DNA of 64,000 nt from Microgenomates group bacterium (GTDB lineage Bacteria > Patescibacteriota > Microgenomatia > UBA10105 > UBA927), in assembly GCA_049287205.1 (NCBI GenBank), contig JBAQFJ010000001.1, forward strand, positions 575,041-639,040. Reading direction: 5' to 3'. Each line of letters starts with the position of its first letter. Positions within the stretch are counted from its first letter, which is position 1. A program made the translations under genes and the position numbers. The notes beneath the pieces are model-generated. The model was not told where the DNA came from. It saw only the letters and a program-made list of their open reading frames with translations, and did not search any database. Of this stretch, positions 40,104-50,046 are shown in pieces.

Positions 40104-40998
40104 AACGGCGAAAAAACCAATCTTTTACCGCCTTTTTCCGTATGTCTGACGCAGTACCCATAAATCGTATTGCTTCCCTGATAAGCGCTATTTTTGTTCT
40201 GATAGGCGCGTACCGTATTCCAAGAAGCAGACGGTTCCTGGTGAAATAATATTCGTGGAGTGGATTACCAGGTCTGCCTGAAGACCCCGCATTCACATGC
40301 CACAAAACAGATGTGGGCGTGTACATTGTTTTCCACCCCGCCTTCTGCATACGCACATTCCAATCCAGATCTTCCAAATACAAAAAATATGCATCATCAA
40401 GCAGGCCTACCTGACGAACAACTTCTGAACGAATAACAAATGAACAGCCGGTGATAAATGGCGTCTGTTCTATGTGATTGTATTGACCGTGGTCAACTTC
40501 ATCAACACCTCTATGTGACGCATACATATTTTTCCAGTCAACCAGTCCACCTGCGTACCAAAATACTTTTCCCCGTTCACTGTCTGTATATCGGTCATGA
40601 TGATATTCATGATCAGGTGCAAAATAAATTTTCGATCCGCTCGCACCTACAGTTTTATCTTCAAAAGCTTCCGTGAATGCTAAAACATTTTTATCAACTA
40701 TGGTATCGTTGTTGAGAAGCCACACAAGATCCGCTCCTTGTTCTAATGCAAATTTCATTCCAACATTATTTCCACCAGTGAATCCCAAATTAGTTTTGTT
40801 TTCAATAAGCGTCACTTCTGGGAATTGCTTTCTAATCACAGCGACGGAATTATTTGTCGAGCCGTTGTCGACAACGATTGTCAAAAGTTTATTGCCTCCG
40901 CGGACAACACGTTCCAACGAGTTTAGACAGGCAACAGTATCATCAACTCCATTCCAGTTAACAATGATAACTGCGATTGTATATTTTTTTGTACTCAT
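40069..40998 (-). CDS. GT2 family glycosyltransferase
   Basis: IAVIIVNWNGVDDTVACLNSL...VVDNGSTNNS...LNNDTIV; 309 aa. Confidence 0.85.
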   Translation of the reverse strand: MSTKKYTIAVIIVNWNGVDDTVACLNSLERVVRGGNKLLTIVVDNGSTNNSVAVIRKQFPEVTLIENKTNLGFTGGNNVGMKFALEQGADLVWLLNNDTIVDKNVLAFTEAFEDKTVGASGSKIYFAPDHEYHHDRYTDSERGKVFWYAGGLVDWKNMYASHRGVDEVDHGQYNHIEQTPFITGCSFVIRSEVVRQVGLLDDAYFLYLEDLDWNVRMQKAGWKTMYTPTSVLWHVNAGSSGRPGNPLHEYYFTRNRLLLGIRYAPIRTKIALIREAIRFMGTASDIRKKAVKDWFFRRFGKQYEPTKHV

Positions 40999-41921
40999 AG
41001 CCCCAAGCTTTTCCGTTTAATTTTCTTGATAATGTTGGCAACAATATTTTTTGAATCTTTCATCGATGCGGTCAGCGTCCAATAGGAAATTTCCTTCCCC
41101 CGCTCTTTTAATTCATCTGACACCGCCGAAAGCTGAATGTCACGTTCTTCAAATTTATCCATTTCCCACTTTTTTGCAAATGTTGCAAATGAATAGAATG
41201 CCTGAAACATCGATAAAACCAGTCCGTGCAGTCCATCTTTGTATCCGCCTTCCGCAAAATATATTTTTATAAAATCTGATATTGGAAACCTGAGCGCATC
41301 AAACCAACTTAACTGATAATTACTTTCTGTGAGCGTTATTGCTTCACTTGATGATGCCCTGTCAATTTTTGCGAGGTACTGAGAAACTGATTCGTAATTA
41401 TAATGCGTATACGGCTCATCCAACTCCCCAACTTTTCCAACTACTTCAATATATTCATGAATATGTACACAAGGAAACTTACCTTGCGGGCGTCTGAACA
41501 GTCGTATCTGCTTATCCGGCCACCAAAGCCCGTGTTGTATCCAACGCCCGAAAGAAAAATTTTTACGTTTTATCCAAAAACCGTTTTCTTCCGGATTTCG
41601 GGCAATCAACTTTTTGATTTCTGTTGCTAAGGCAACCGGAAGTACCTCATCCGCATCTAAATTAAGAATCCAATCGCCTGTTGCCTTCGAAAAACCATAA
41701 TTTTTATTGATGTTGAGCATCAGTTGGTTTTTCTGAACAAAAACTTTTTTTGTATATTTTTTTGCAATGTTTGCTGTGGCGTCAGTTGACGAATTATCAA
41801 CAACTATGATTTCATCTGCAATTCCTGTTACGGATTCAAGACACCGAGATAATGTTTTTTCTTCGTTATATGCAGACACTACGACACTCAACGTGTATTT
41901 CATATTATTTCTCCTTTGCAA
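40995..41921 (-). CDS. GT2 family glycosyltransferase
   Basis: LSVVVSAYNEEKTLSRCLESV...VVDNSSTDAT...LDADEVL; 308 aa. Confidence 0.85.
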   Translation of the reverse strand: MQRRNNMKYTLSVVVSAYNEEKTLSRCLESVTGIADEIIVVDNSSTDATANIAKKYTKKVFVQKNQLMLNINKNYGFSKATGDWILNLDADEVLPVALATEIKKLIARNPEENGFWIKRKNFSFGRWIQHGLWWPDKQIRLFRRPQGKFPCVHIHEYIEVVGKVGELDEPYTHYNYESVSQYLAKIDRASSSEAITLTESNYQLSWFDALRFPISDFIKIYFAEGGYKDGLHGLVLSMFQAFYSFATFAKKWEMDKFEERDIQLSAVSDELKERGKEISYWTLTASMKDSKNIVANIIKKIKRKSLGL

Positions 41922-43350
41922 TACGGATAACTTCCATAATTTTTCGTTTTTCTGTAAGCCAGACGATAGTCATATAGAGAACAACACCAACGCCGCCGAT
42001 AATAATTAAACGCATCCATGTATACGGCGCTGACCACACAACAGCCGCATACCACCCTGATTGTACAAGGGCCGCAAAAAATGGCCACTTCACACTACGC
42101 GTAAACGAAAAATCCGCAATCTTTTTTCCAAGCCAAACAACCAGTCCAAGGGTGGAAGTTAACAAGACTAAGCTCATCGATACACCGTTAAAGCCGAAGA
42201 AACGGATCATCGTTATTGTCAAAATCCATGTGCTTATTGTCCAAAATACCATTAAATATAGTGTTGTTTTAATTTTACCGACCGCATTTAACGCATTAGT
42301 GAGCGGTGTGGAAAATCCCGCAAGGATTGATGCGATAACAAATAATGCAAATGAAAACAATGCAGGTTCCCATTTACTGTATTTTGGAATCAACTGGACG
42401 GCAGGCCCGATAAAGAAGAGCAACCCGACTGATATCGGAAACATTGTTGTTGCCAGTCCAAACAAAATTTTTTCAATCGCTTTCCCCAGATGCTCTTTGG
42501 AATCCTGAAGACGTGAGAACGCAGGAAATGTCACCCGAATAACACTATCCATGATAAGCCGTAACGGCACCTCTGCCCATTTCTTTGCCCAACCGATATA
42601 TCCTACTTCAGTAAATGTCAAAATCTTTCCTAAGAAAACGGTCATTAAATCATCTTTGAGAAGCGACAAAAACGAATTAAATTGAAACGGAACACCAAAT
42701 TTTAACAACCGCTTCGCAATAGGTTTAGATATCCCAAGTTGTATCTTCCACGGAGAAACAATATACATAATACCAAGTCCAATAATTGCTCTTGTAAGCA
42801 CCGCATACGTAAAACTGGTTATCCCAAATCCACGCCAAGCCAGTATAACTGCAACCGCATAAAATCCTACAGTCTCGGCTATCTGGGGAATGATGAGCCG
42901 GTTAAAGTTTAATTTTCTCTCCAGTAGGATTGACGGAATTGTCTTTAATGAAGAAAAGAAAAATGAAACAACAAGCGCCCGAAGGAGCAGGATGCCTGAC
43001 GCATCAAGTCCATAAAACCTGGCAATATACGGAGAGGCAAAAAAAACAATAATGCTGATTGGCAACACTAACATCTGTTGAATAGTGAATGTTGTAGATA
43101 AATCCTCTTCAGTTAACATTTCTTTCTTTTGGATGAGTGCGGCGGCCAATCCTACATCAGAAAAATAGGAAAGAAAAGAAATAATCGCGGAAACCACATA
43201 ATAAATACCGAATGTCGCGGGATTTAAAAATATGGTCAATAAAAACGTCGAAGCAAATGCGATAATTTGCAGCAAAAATGTCCGTGAAGTAAGCGCCAGA
43301 ATACCCGTTAATGACTTCTTTTTGATGGTTGCGATATCAATTTCTTCCAT
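41905..43350 (-). CDS. Wzx-like oligosaccharide flippase / polysaccharide biosynthesis protein (MOP superfamily)
   Basis: 481 aa, about 12-14 helices. N-terminal KKKSLTGILALTSRTFLLQIIAFASTFLLTIFLNPATFGIYYVVSAII typical of Wzx/PST-family exporters. Confidence 0.65.
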   Translation of the reverse strand: MEEIDIATIKKKSLTGILALTSRTFLLQIIAFASTFLLTIFLNPATFGIYYVVSAIISFLSYFSDVGLAAALIQKKEMLTEEDLSTTFTIQQMLVLPISIIVFFASPYIARFYGLDASGILLLRALVVSFFFSSLKTIPSILLERKLNFNRLIIPQIAETVGFYAVAVILAWRGFGITSFTYAVLTRAIIGLGIMYIVSPWKIQLGISKPIAKRLLKFGVPFQFNSFLSLLKDDLMTVFLGKILTFTEVGYIGWAKKWAEVPLRLIMDSVIRVTFPAFSRLQDSKEHLGKAIEKILFGLATTMFPISVGLLFFIGPAVQLIPKYSKWEPALFSFALFVIASILAGFSTPLTNALNAVGKIKTTLYLMVFWTISTWILTITMIRFFGFNGVSMSLVLLTSTLGLVVWLGKKIADFSFTRSVKWPFFAALVQSGWYAAVVWSAPYTWMRLIIIGGVGVVLYMTIVWLTEKRKIMEVIRIAKEK

Positions 43351-44101
43351 ATCGTTTCGGCAATTTTTTCCATGGTCTTGTGGTAAATAGCCGTTTCAGT
43401 CCGTCAAGATCACCTGTTGCAGTCTTAATGACACGCACTGTCGAACCGGGATTATCTATCCATGTGACCGGCTCTTCATAGATGCGGTATCCTAATTTTT
43501 CGGCTAAGATAAGCAGTTCAGAATCAAAAAACCACGCGTTGTCAACAACATGCGGCAACAACATTTTTGCGGATTCATCTGTAATTGCCTTAAACCCGCA
43601 TTGCGCGTCTCCGAATTTTACAAAAAATAACATCTTGATGATCGCGATATACATTTTTGAGGTAAACGTTCTGAGCACACTTCGCCCATACACCCGACTT
43701 GCACGCGCGTTCCTTGTACCGATTGCGATGTCATATCCGCGTTGAAGCGACCTGACCAATGGCGGAAGATGTTTCAAATCGGTTGACAGATCCACATCCA
43801 TATAACAATGCACATCAGCATTCGTCTCCATCCATGCTTTTTTCACCGCTCTTCCTCTTCCTTTTTGCTCTAATCGAAGTGTATGGACAAACACGTGATT
43901 TTTTGCAAGCATTTTTGATATGACTGGCGTTTTATCCGTTGAAGCATTATCTGCAATGGTAATAGTCCATGTAAAATCAGGAAGATACGAATGCAAAAAC
44001 GTAATCAACGTTTCTGTATGCGCCTCCAATTCTTCTTCCTCGTTGTATACAGGGATAACAATATCAAGCCTTGGTTTTTTTTCCATAAATATATATCGCA
44101 C
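43337..44101 (-). CDS. GT2 glycosyltransferase, DPM1/GtrB-like polyprenol-phosphate hexose synthase
   Basis: LDIVIPVYNEEEELEAHTET...TIADNASTDKT...YMDVDLSTD and CGFKA motifs characteristic of dolichyl/undecaprenyl-phosphate glycosyl synthases. The likely start is ATG at 44086 (MEKKPRLD). Confidence 0.75.
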   Translation of the reverse strand: MRYIFMEKKPRLDIVIPVYNEEEELEAHTETLITFLHSYLPDFTWTITIADNASTDKTPVISKMLAKNHVFVHTLRLEQKGRGRAVKKAWMETNADVHCYMDVDLSTDLKHLPPLVRSLQRGYDIAIGTRNARASRVYGRSVLRTFTSKMYIAIIKMLFFVKFGDAQCGFKAITDESAKMLLPHVVDNAWFFDSELLILAEKLGYRIYEEPVTWIDNPGSTVRVIKTATGDLDGLKRLFTTRPWKKLPKRYGRN

Positions 44102-45740
44102 CGATGACGAACACCCCCAGTATACTCATCCAGTTCCCGAGCACCCGCACCGGTGTATCGCGAAAGCGCAATTCTATTATACTAATTCCGCTCTGTATAG
44201 TCACAGAAGGAAGACCCTGTTCAATGCTGGGATCAATTTCTCTTCCGTTGACCGTCATTTTCCATCCGGGAAACCATGCTTTATGTATCGTAATCTTTTG
44301 TTCTGTTTCACTCATAATTTCCACAACAAATGACGCACTTGCTTCAGTGAGACGCATAACAGAAAATGCACTCTCTCCTGAAACAGTGACTTTCGTCACC
44401 TCACTTGCCGTCTTTGGTCTCAGAATGGCAAGTGGAAGATATTCATCCGAAATTTTTGATTTTATAAACCGTAATTCTTCAAAACTCTCAAACGCGCTAC
44501 TCTCCCGAACGTATTGGTATTGAGGTACAAATATTTTTGCATTCACTAACATTGTTGCTGCAATAATACCTACCGACAACATGATTCGAATACCGGGAAT
44601 ACGGAATACGGAAATACTGTATGCTCCACCGATTGCAATTCCCATCATGCCAAAGGTTAACAGTCTCCACGGATATTGAATAAACGATGTATATGGAATC
44701 ATACGCCAGAAAGAAGCGGATATTGAAAGCATCAAAAGAATGCACAGAAGTACGCTACCAATTGTTGCTTTCATATACGCATTTTTTTCGTGTACTTTTT
44801 TAGAATTCCTCATATATGCCCACATACCAACGGCAATCCCAAAAAGCAGTATATGCAATTTCCCAAATTTAAATGACATACCGTCAACACACCCTGGAGC
44901 TGAACCCGCAAATCCCCATGGCGCATTCCATAATTGCGAGGCGCAGACAAAATGATCAAAAAATGTGGTACTCGCCGAGCTAACCATCGCGGCAACTGAC
45001 GTCGCTGACATTTCAACAAACGCGGGTAACCAAAAAAATGCGGAAAGGGAAAGTCCCAGAGCCATAACAACAACTGGAACCACGACGTCTTGTCTTGTTA
45101 ATTTTTGTTTTATCAATTTCATTACCCAAAAAATGCATATTCCCAATAGCAGCATCGCACAGGTCAAAAAACCTAGGATAGTATGCGACGTAATGACACC
45201 TGCAAGGGCAAGTCCGGCAATTGCTATCTGTGAATGAAATCTTTTTTCTTTCAACGCGCGGAGCAGTCCGGAAAGGATAAGCGGCACAAATGCGATCGCC
45301 CAATATTCCCCAACTGACCCGCGAATATATATTTGCACAGCGTGATAGGGCGCAAAAAGAAATAGCGTAGCGCCCGCAACTGCAGCTGCAGCGCCAAACA
45401 CAGGAGACAGCAATAAAAATAATGTTATAGGGGCAAGGACTGCCCCAATGCCAAACATGACCTTTGTTGCAACAACACTGTCCATTCCAACCGCATATAA
45501 AGAGCCGCCAATATAATACGGCAATGGTCCATAAAAATTAAAAATCGGATATCCTAAACCATATCCGAGATCCGAAACCATCCGCACAGGAAATTGTCCG
45601 TCACGAAGCGCACGCCCCATTACTACAACTCGGGCAACTTGCGTATCATCATGCATTGGAAAATACCCATCTGAAAGAAGCGGCTTGATGGCAAAAAATG
45701 ATACAACAATAATACAGATAAAACCGAACGCTTTTTTCAT
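44064..45740 (-). CDS. short YfhO-like polytopic membrane protein (GT-C)
   Basis: From ATG at 45740 (MKKAFGFICIIV...). PMHDDTQVARVVVMGRALRDGQFPVRMVSDLGYGLGYPIFNFYGP motif; C-terminal WFPGWKMTVNGREIDP module. The ORF-track N-terminal extension to 45797 would overlap the upstream paralogue. Confidence 0.6.
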   Translation of the reverse strand: MKKAFGFICIIVVSFFAIKPLLSDGYFPMHDDTQVARVVVMGRALRDGQFPVRMVSDLGYGLGYPIFNFYGPLPYYIGGSLYAVGMDSVVATKVMFGIGAVLAPITLFLLLSPVFGAAAAVAGATLFLFAPYHAVQIYIRGSVGEYWAIAFVPLILSGLLRALKEKRFHSQIAIAGLALAGVITSHTILGFLTCAMLLLGICIFWVMKLIKQKLTRQDVVVPVVVMALGLSLSAFFWLPAFVEMSATSVAAMVSSASTTFFDHFVCASQLWNAPWGFAGSAPGCVDGMSFKFGKLHILLFGIAVGMWAYMRNSKKVHEKNAYMKATIGSVLLCILLMLSISASFWRMIPYTSFIQYPWRLLTFGMMGIAIGGAYSISVFRIPGIRIMLSVGIIAATMLVNAKIFVPQYQYVRESSAFESFEELRFIKSKISDEYLPLAILRPKTASEVTKVTVSGESAFSVMRLTEASASFVVEIMSETEQKITIHKAWFPGWKMTVNGREIDPSIEQGLPSVTIQSGISIIELRFRDTPVRVLGNWMSILGVFVIGAIYIYGKKTKA

Positions 45741-45741
45741 A

Positions 45742-47295
45742 TCATTTTTTCTTTGTTCTTTTACGCGATGCAGATGTATTTGTAAAAAAGAATACAACGC
45801 AGGAAATCACATACAATAGGCCAAAGACCACACTCACAACATCGGCAAGAAATCTTCCCGGCGTTTCACGAAATTCCATATAGAGATGATGTTTTCCTTC
45901 AGGAACCATGATACGCATAAACCCATATGGATTATCAGACAGTATTTTTACGGGCGCATCATCAAGCATTGCACCCCAACCTGGGTAATAAATTGTATTA
46001 ATCTGCATAATACTTTTTTCTGTGGCGTGAATAACTACGTCTATTTTCTGGGTAGAAATTATTTTTTCTTCGATCGTTCCGTTCCCCATGAAAAATTCCA
46101 CTTTTTTTGTACCGCGGGTCGACATATGTTTTGCGGCCCAACGCGGCATATATTCGTCATGCACGGTAGTAGTTGCTTCATTTGTTGTAAAGTACCCCTC
46201 AGGATGTATAACGCTTTCGGACTGTATATATTGCGTTCCCCATACAGCCGTCAAAAATATCACCAGACAACAACCAGCAACAAGCGCCCCTTTTTTTGTT
46301 TTGTTTATGGCTGCTCCGATAATCCATGGACCTGCAATCACCATATACGACAGCCATCGAAATGGAAATTGAATAAATTTAACAAAATCCGCAACTCGCC
46401 AAAAAAATGCGCTTCCGCGGGTCGCAAAATACACACTGATTGCCAAACTTGCAAGAAAAAATATGGTTTCTTTTTTTTGACGCATCGGCCGTTTAAACGC
46501 AACATACAAAGCGGCGATAAAAAATGGGAAACTCGCGAGGATAAGAGAATTGCTCATGGTAAAATATGCGCCTGGATTGGAAATGACGGTTGTGTCGAAA
46601 TTTACAAATACCCGTTCAAAAAAGGCAGGAAGCCAAAAGAATGAAGACATTCCAACTCCAAAAATAAACTGCGGAATAAGGTGCCAATATTTTTTTAACA
46701 CTATGTATGCCAATGCCAAAGGAATAAAAAAAGCGGCGAGTGTATTATGACTGATTGCCAAAAGCGCAATGACAGGCGCAAGCAACCATGTATTTTTAGA
46801 CTCAATGACATACAGTACAAGCGGCATTAATCCAAGCGCGAGAACTTCTCCCACTGATCCCCGCTTAAAAATATCAAATAACAGATAGGGCATTAACAAA
46901 TATGACAATGCTCCGGTAACGCTCGCAATGTTCGAAAACGACAAACGCAACCACAAAAACATTCCTATAACCCCAATCATCACTGACCCCACAAGGATTG
47001 CTTCAACTGATGTCTGAAAAGATAATCCAAGCACGTGCAACATGCTTCCAATATACATAAATCCCGGATATAAGAAATTCGCGACCGGATACCCATAACT
47101 CTGATTCAATCTCCCCAAAAATCTGACTGGAAATTGCCCTTCACGAAAACTTTGATAAAACGCTGATAATCGAATAACCATCCAATTTCCGTCATCTGTG
47201 ACGAGCATACCTGGACGAAGAATAGGAGATAAAATAACGAGGGATACGACAAGTAAAAAGAAAATACTAAGCAATAACCATATTTTTTTATTCAT
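45742..47295 (-). CDS. short YfhO-like polytopic membrane protein (GT-C), tandem paralogue
   Basis: VTDDGNWMVIRLSAFYQSFREGQFPVRFLGRLNQSYGYPVANFLYP; C-terminal IYYPGWGAMLDDAPVKIL...VPEGKHHLYMEF; 517 aa. Confidence 0.6.
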   Translation of the reverse strand: MNKKIWLLLSIFFLLVVSLVILSPILRPGMLVTDDGNWMVIRLSAFYQSFREGQFPVRFLGRLNQSYGYPVANFLYPGFMYIGSMLHVLGLSFQTSVEAILVGSVMIGVIGMFLWLRLSFSNIASVTGALSYLLMPYLLFDIFKRGSVGEVLALGLMPLVLYVIESKNTWLLAPVIALLAISHNTLAAFFIPLALAYIVLKKYWHLIPQFIFGVGMSSFFWLPAFFERVFVNFDTTVISNPGAYFTMSNSLILASFPFFIAALYVAFKRPMRQKKETIFFLASLAISVYFATRGSAFFWRVADFVKFIQFPFRWLSYMVIAGPWIIGAAINKTKKGALVAGCCLVIFLTAVWGTQYIQSESVIHPEGYFTTNEATTTVHDEYMPRWAAKHMSTRGTKKVEFFMGNGTIEEKIISTQKIDVVIHATEKSIMQINTIYYPGWGAMLDDAPVKILSDNPYGFMRIMVPEGKHHLYMEFRETPGRFLADVVSVVFGLLYVISCVVFFFTNTSASRKRTKKK

Positions 47296-47309
47296 AAGAA
47301 GGGTATTGA

Positions 47310-48833
47310 TTACGGCTTCTTCGGAAGCTCTATTTTATATAAAAATGTATACACGTTTTCACTGTTTCCTTTTTGATATTTTGCAATCAATGTCATCGGC
47401 CATTTATATGCATTTGGATCCTGTTTTTGATAGACAACATAATAGGTATCTTTCTCTTCTGCGGATTTTTGAACGTCTGGCGGAATTGTTTCGGGCGGTG
47501 GCCAAATTCCAGAAATTTTAATATTTTTGTTCTGCCAAAGATATATTTCAAGTGCAAATGGGTAGAGACCAAACGTTCCTTCTGTATATACTGCTATTGG
47601 CTTATCTTTTGCCTGCGTTTCAAGGATCGTCACAATTTCATTTGTTCCCCACCCCGACGGCCAATCGTTGATATATTGACCAATATCCGATTTTGGAATG
47701 GGCGCATATTGAATATCCGTTACAATTTGTACAGACAACCTTATTGCAGAAAAGCATAGAAGCCCAATGAATAGAACACTCAGAAATTTCGGACGAATCT
47801 TCTGCAATAAAAAATCAAATGTGTATGCCGCAAGTACGAGCATCGGCATGGACATAAACAACACATATCGCGGATAGAGAACTTTTCCAAACAATGCAAG
47901 GGCAAAAAATGGAGCAAACCACCAGCCGAGCAGTAATACTTTTTCCATCGGCTTTTTCCAAAACACTATAAGGGAAGCAAGAGACGCGATAAAAATAGGG
48001 ATGGTCAGATAACTGATCATCCAATCAAATTCCCCGTGAAGATTTCCTCTCCAAAACCGGAATGGGTGGGTAATCCATTCAGCATACGTATAAATAAATG
48101 TGGTATCTTTTTGCGCGATGATATAAAAATACGGAGATAACCGCAGAATGCTGTAGATTGCCTGAGACAACACAGCAACAATAAGCGCCAGTCCCACCCA
48201 TTTTGCCAACCTTTTGAGTACTCTTTTTTCTTTAAAATTAAAAAGGAGTAATGATAGAGGCAAAAGATAGAGACTGAAATTCGCCGATGTTTTATTCAAC
48301 ATTCCGACACCAATTGATAAACCCAAAATAAGCGCAACATCAAGTCGTTCACGACGAGCCAAAAGGACGGTAAAAAAGCCATTCCAGATAAAAAATGTTG
48401 CAACGAGAGCATCGTATAGCGCCATGCGGTCATACATTAAGGTAAACGGACTGATCAGATACAAAAGCGATGCAATCACACCGATACGCTTGTTTTTAAA
48501 CAGCTCGGAACCTAATGCGTACATCCCCCAAATACTCACAAATCCTGCAACAACCGATACCATCCGTCCTGCGAAAAGCGGATCCTTAATACACCGCATT
48601 GCAGCCATAACAAACCAAGTAAATAATGGCTGTTTGCCGTCAGTTAAGGATATAAACCGCCAAGAAGCATCATTCCCCCCTATTTGGCTCCACCGAAGAT
48701 AAATGGCTTCATCGGTAAATATAGGTAAGGCTGTAAGATTTGTTAGCCTCGAAAGAACATAAATAACCGAAATTCCGACCACCCACGTTATTGGACTGTT
48801 CAGAATCCTTTTGATTATTCCCATACACTCCAT
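47310..48833 (-). CDS. ArnT/GT39-like polytopic membrane glycosyltransferase
   Basis: LTALPIFTDEAIYLRWSQIGGND loop motif (TDEA as in ArnT/PMT_2 family); 507 aa with C-terminal soluble domain. Confidence 0.6.
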   Translation of the reverse strand: MECMGIIKRILNSPITWVVGISVIYVLSRLTNLTALPIFTDEAIYLRWSQIGGNDASWRFISLTDGKQPLFTWFVMAAMRCIKDPLFAGRMVSVVAGFVSIWGMYALGSELFKNKRIGVIASLLYLISPFTLMYDRMALYDALVATFFIWNGFFTVLLARRERLDVALILGLSIGVGMLNKTSANFSLYLLPLSLLLFNFKEKRVLKRLAKWVGLALIVAVLSQAIYSILRLSPYFYIIAQKDTTFIYTYAEWITHPFRFWRGNLHGEFDWMISYLTIPIFIASLASLIVFWKKPMEKVLLLGWWFAPFFALALFGKVLYPRYVLFMSMPMLVLAAYTFDFLLQKIRPKFLSVLFIGLLCFSAIRLSVQIVTDIQYAPIPKSDIGQYINDWPSGWGTNEIVTILETQAKDKPIAVYTEGTFGLYPFALEIYLWQNKNIKISGIWPPPETIPPDVQKSAEEKDTYYVVYQKQDPNAYKWPMTLIAKYQKGNSENVYTFLYKIELPKKP

Positions 48834-48867
48834 TATAGCGGAATAAACAGGGGTGTTACAAATACAA

Positions 48868-50046
48868 TCAGGAAGTCTTTTCCGAAGGAGTTCGTTTCTT
48901 TTTTATGATCAAAATACCTGCGATGAGAGCGCTCAGGGCAATCGGCACCCAAGTCACCCATACTTTTATCAAGGGTACAGGAGTATTCCAATCACCAAAA
49001 TATAAAAATGGAGCATATTGAAGCAAAAACCCCAGAGAAACCCCCGTACTAACAATCAACAAGAAAGAAACATCAGGAACTAATGCGATAAATGGAACTA
49101 TCCACACCCAATACCAAGAAAGCGCTTCACGCTGTGTTAATACCGCCAAAAATCCGACGACCATACAACTTAGCGCTATCCGCCGTTTCCAACCAACAAA
49201 AAATGCCGGAATCAAAAAAATGGTCATTAACTTCATTGCAACCGAACCCGCAAGTAATACCCATGAGAGCCATTTTCTATTCTTTTTATATAAAACAATC
49301 GCCCAGATAGCCATCGCCATCATAAGAATGTCATTATGAGGACTTACTAAACATTCAATAATAATTAAAGGATTCAATGCAAATATCGCAATTCCGAATA
49401 ATTTCCTATCAGGATCTTCACTCTCTAAAATTTTTCCAATACCTATTGCTGTAGCCACATACGCAAGTGCTATGACGATTTTCAAATTCCAGATAAGCAG
49501 TAAAAAATATCCGAATCCGAAAAAAAACGGAGCTAAGGTGACTATAATCCATAATGGCGTATACGCACTTACCAGATGTGTCCAATGCATAAAGGACAAC
49601 CATGGATCAACGCCTTGAAATTGAAGCGGCGTTACCACATATGGATTTTTGTGATATACCAACACCGTCTTTGCAGTAAACAAATAATTAAAAAAATCAT
49701 AAGAAAACGCCGGATACGAAATGAGGGTTGTTGCGACTATTGCACCAACGCATATCCATAATTCTTTACTCGTAAGTTTTTTGTCTTTAACGGCTTTCAA
49801 TATATACCCGTACAATACAAAGAGGAACACAATCAGCCCCACAAAAATTTTTGTGGACAAGGGCCGATTAAAATACCCGATCTGCTGAAACCATGTCTGA
49901 ATAACACGCCATATACTTGCATTTGTGAGTGTCAGCCCTAAATCCACTTGTGTATACGAATACGCCAAAAGCAACGCGCCAACGAGTGCATATCCGATCA
50001 CAAAGATCCAACCAAAGGGCGAAATATGTTTTTTCATGAATATCAT
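48868..50046 (-). CDS. polytopic membrane protein, 'HxNPY' paralogue family (putative GT-C)
   Basis: 392 aa. YDFFNYLFTAKTVLVYHKNPYVVTP motif is shared with 15667..16788. Confidence 0.5.
   Translation of the reverse strand: MIFMKKHISPFGWIFVIGYALVGALLLAYSYTQVDLGLTLTNASIWRVIQTWFQQIGYFNRPLSTKIFVGLIVFLFVLYGYILKAVKDKKLTSKELWICVGAIVATTLISYPAFSYDFFNYLFTAKTVLVYHKNPYVVTPLQFQGVDPWLSFMHWTHLVSAYTPLWIIVTLAPFFFGFGYFLLLIWNLKIVIALAYVATAIGIGKILESEDPDRKLFGIAIFALNPLIIIECLVSPHNDILMMAMAIWAIVLYKKNRKWLSWVLLAGSVAMKLMTIFLIPAFFVGWKRRIALSCMVVGFLAVLTQREALSWYWVWIVPFIALVPDVSFLLIVSTGVSLGFLLQYAPFLYFGDWNTPVPLIKVWVTWVPIALSALIAGILIIKKKRTPSEKTS

Noticed and set aside
45741-45797. 19-aa N-terminal extension (MYSFLQIHLHRVKEQRKND) of the 577-aa ORF
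   Set aside because: It would overlap the upstream tandem paralogue by 56 nt. The internal ATG at 45740 starts directly with a Lys-rich signal-anchor (MKKAFGFICIIV), as in the paralogues.
45886-46644. 252-aa plus-strand ORF
   Set aside because: It lies entirely antisense to the 517-aa minus-strand YfhO-like gene (45742..47295), which has a coherent membrane-protein translation and paralogues. The plus ORF is Cys/His/Arg-rich low-complexity, typical of a spurious antisense frame.
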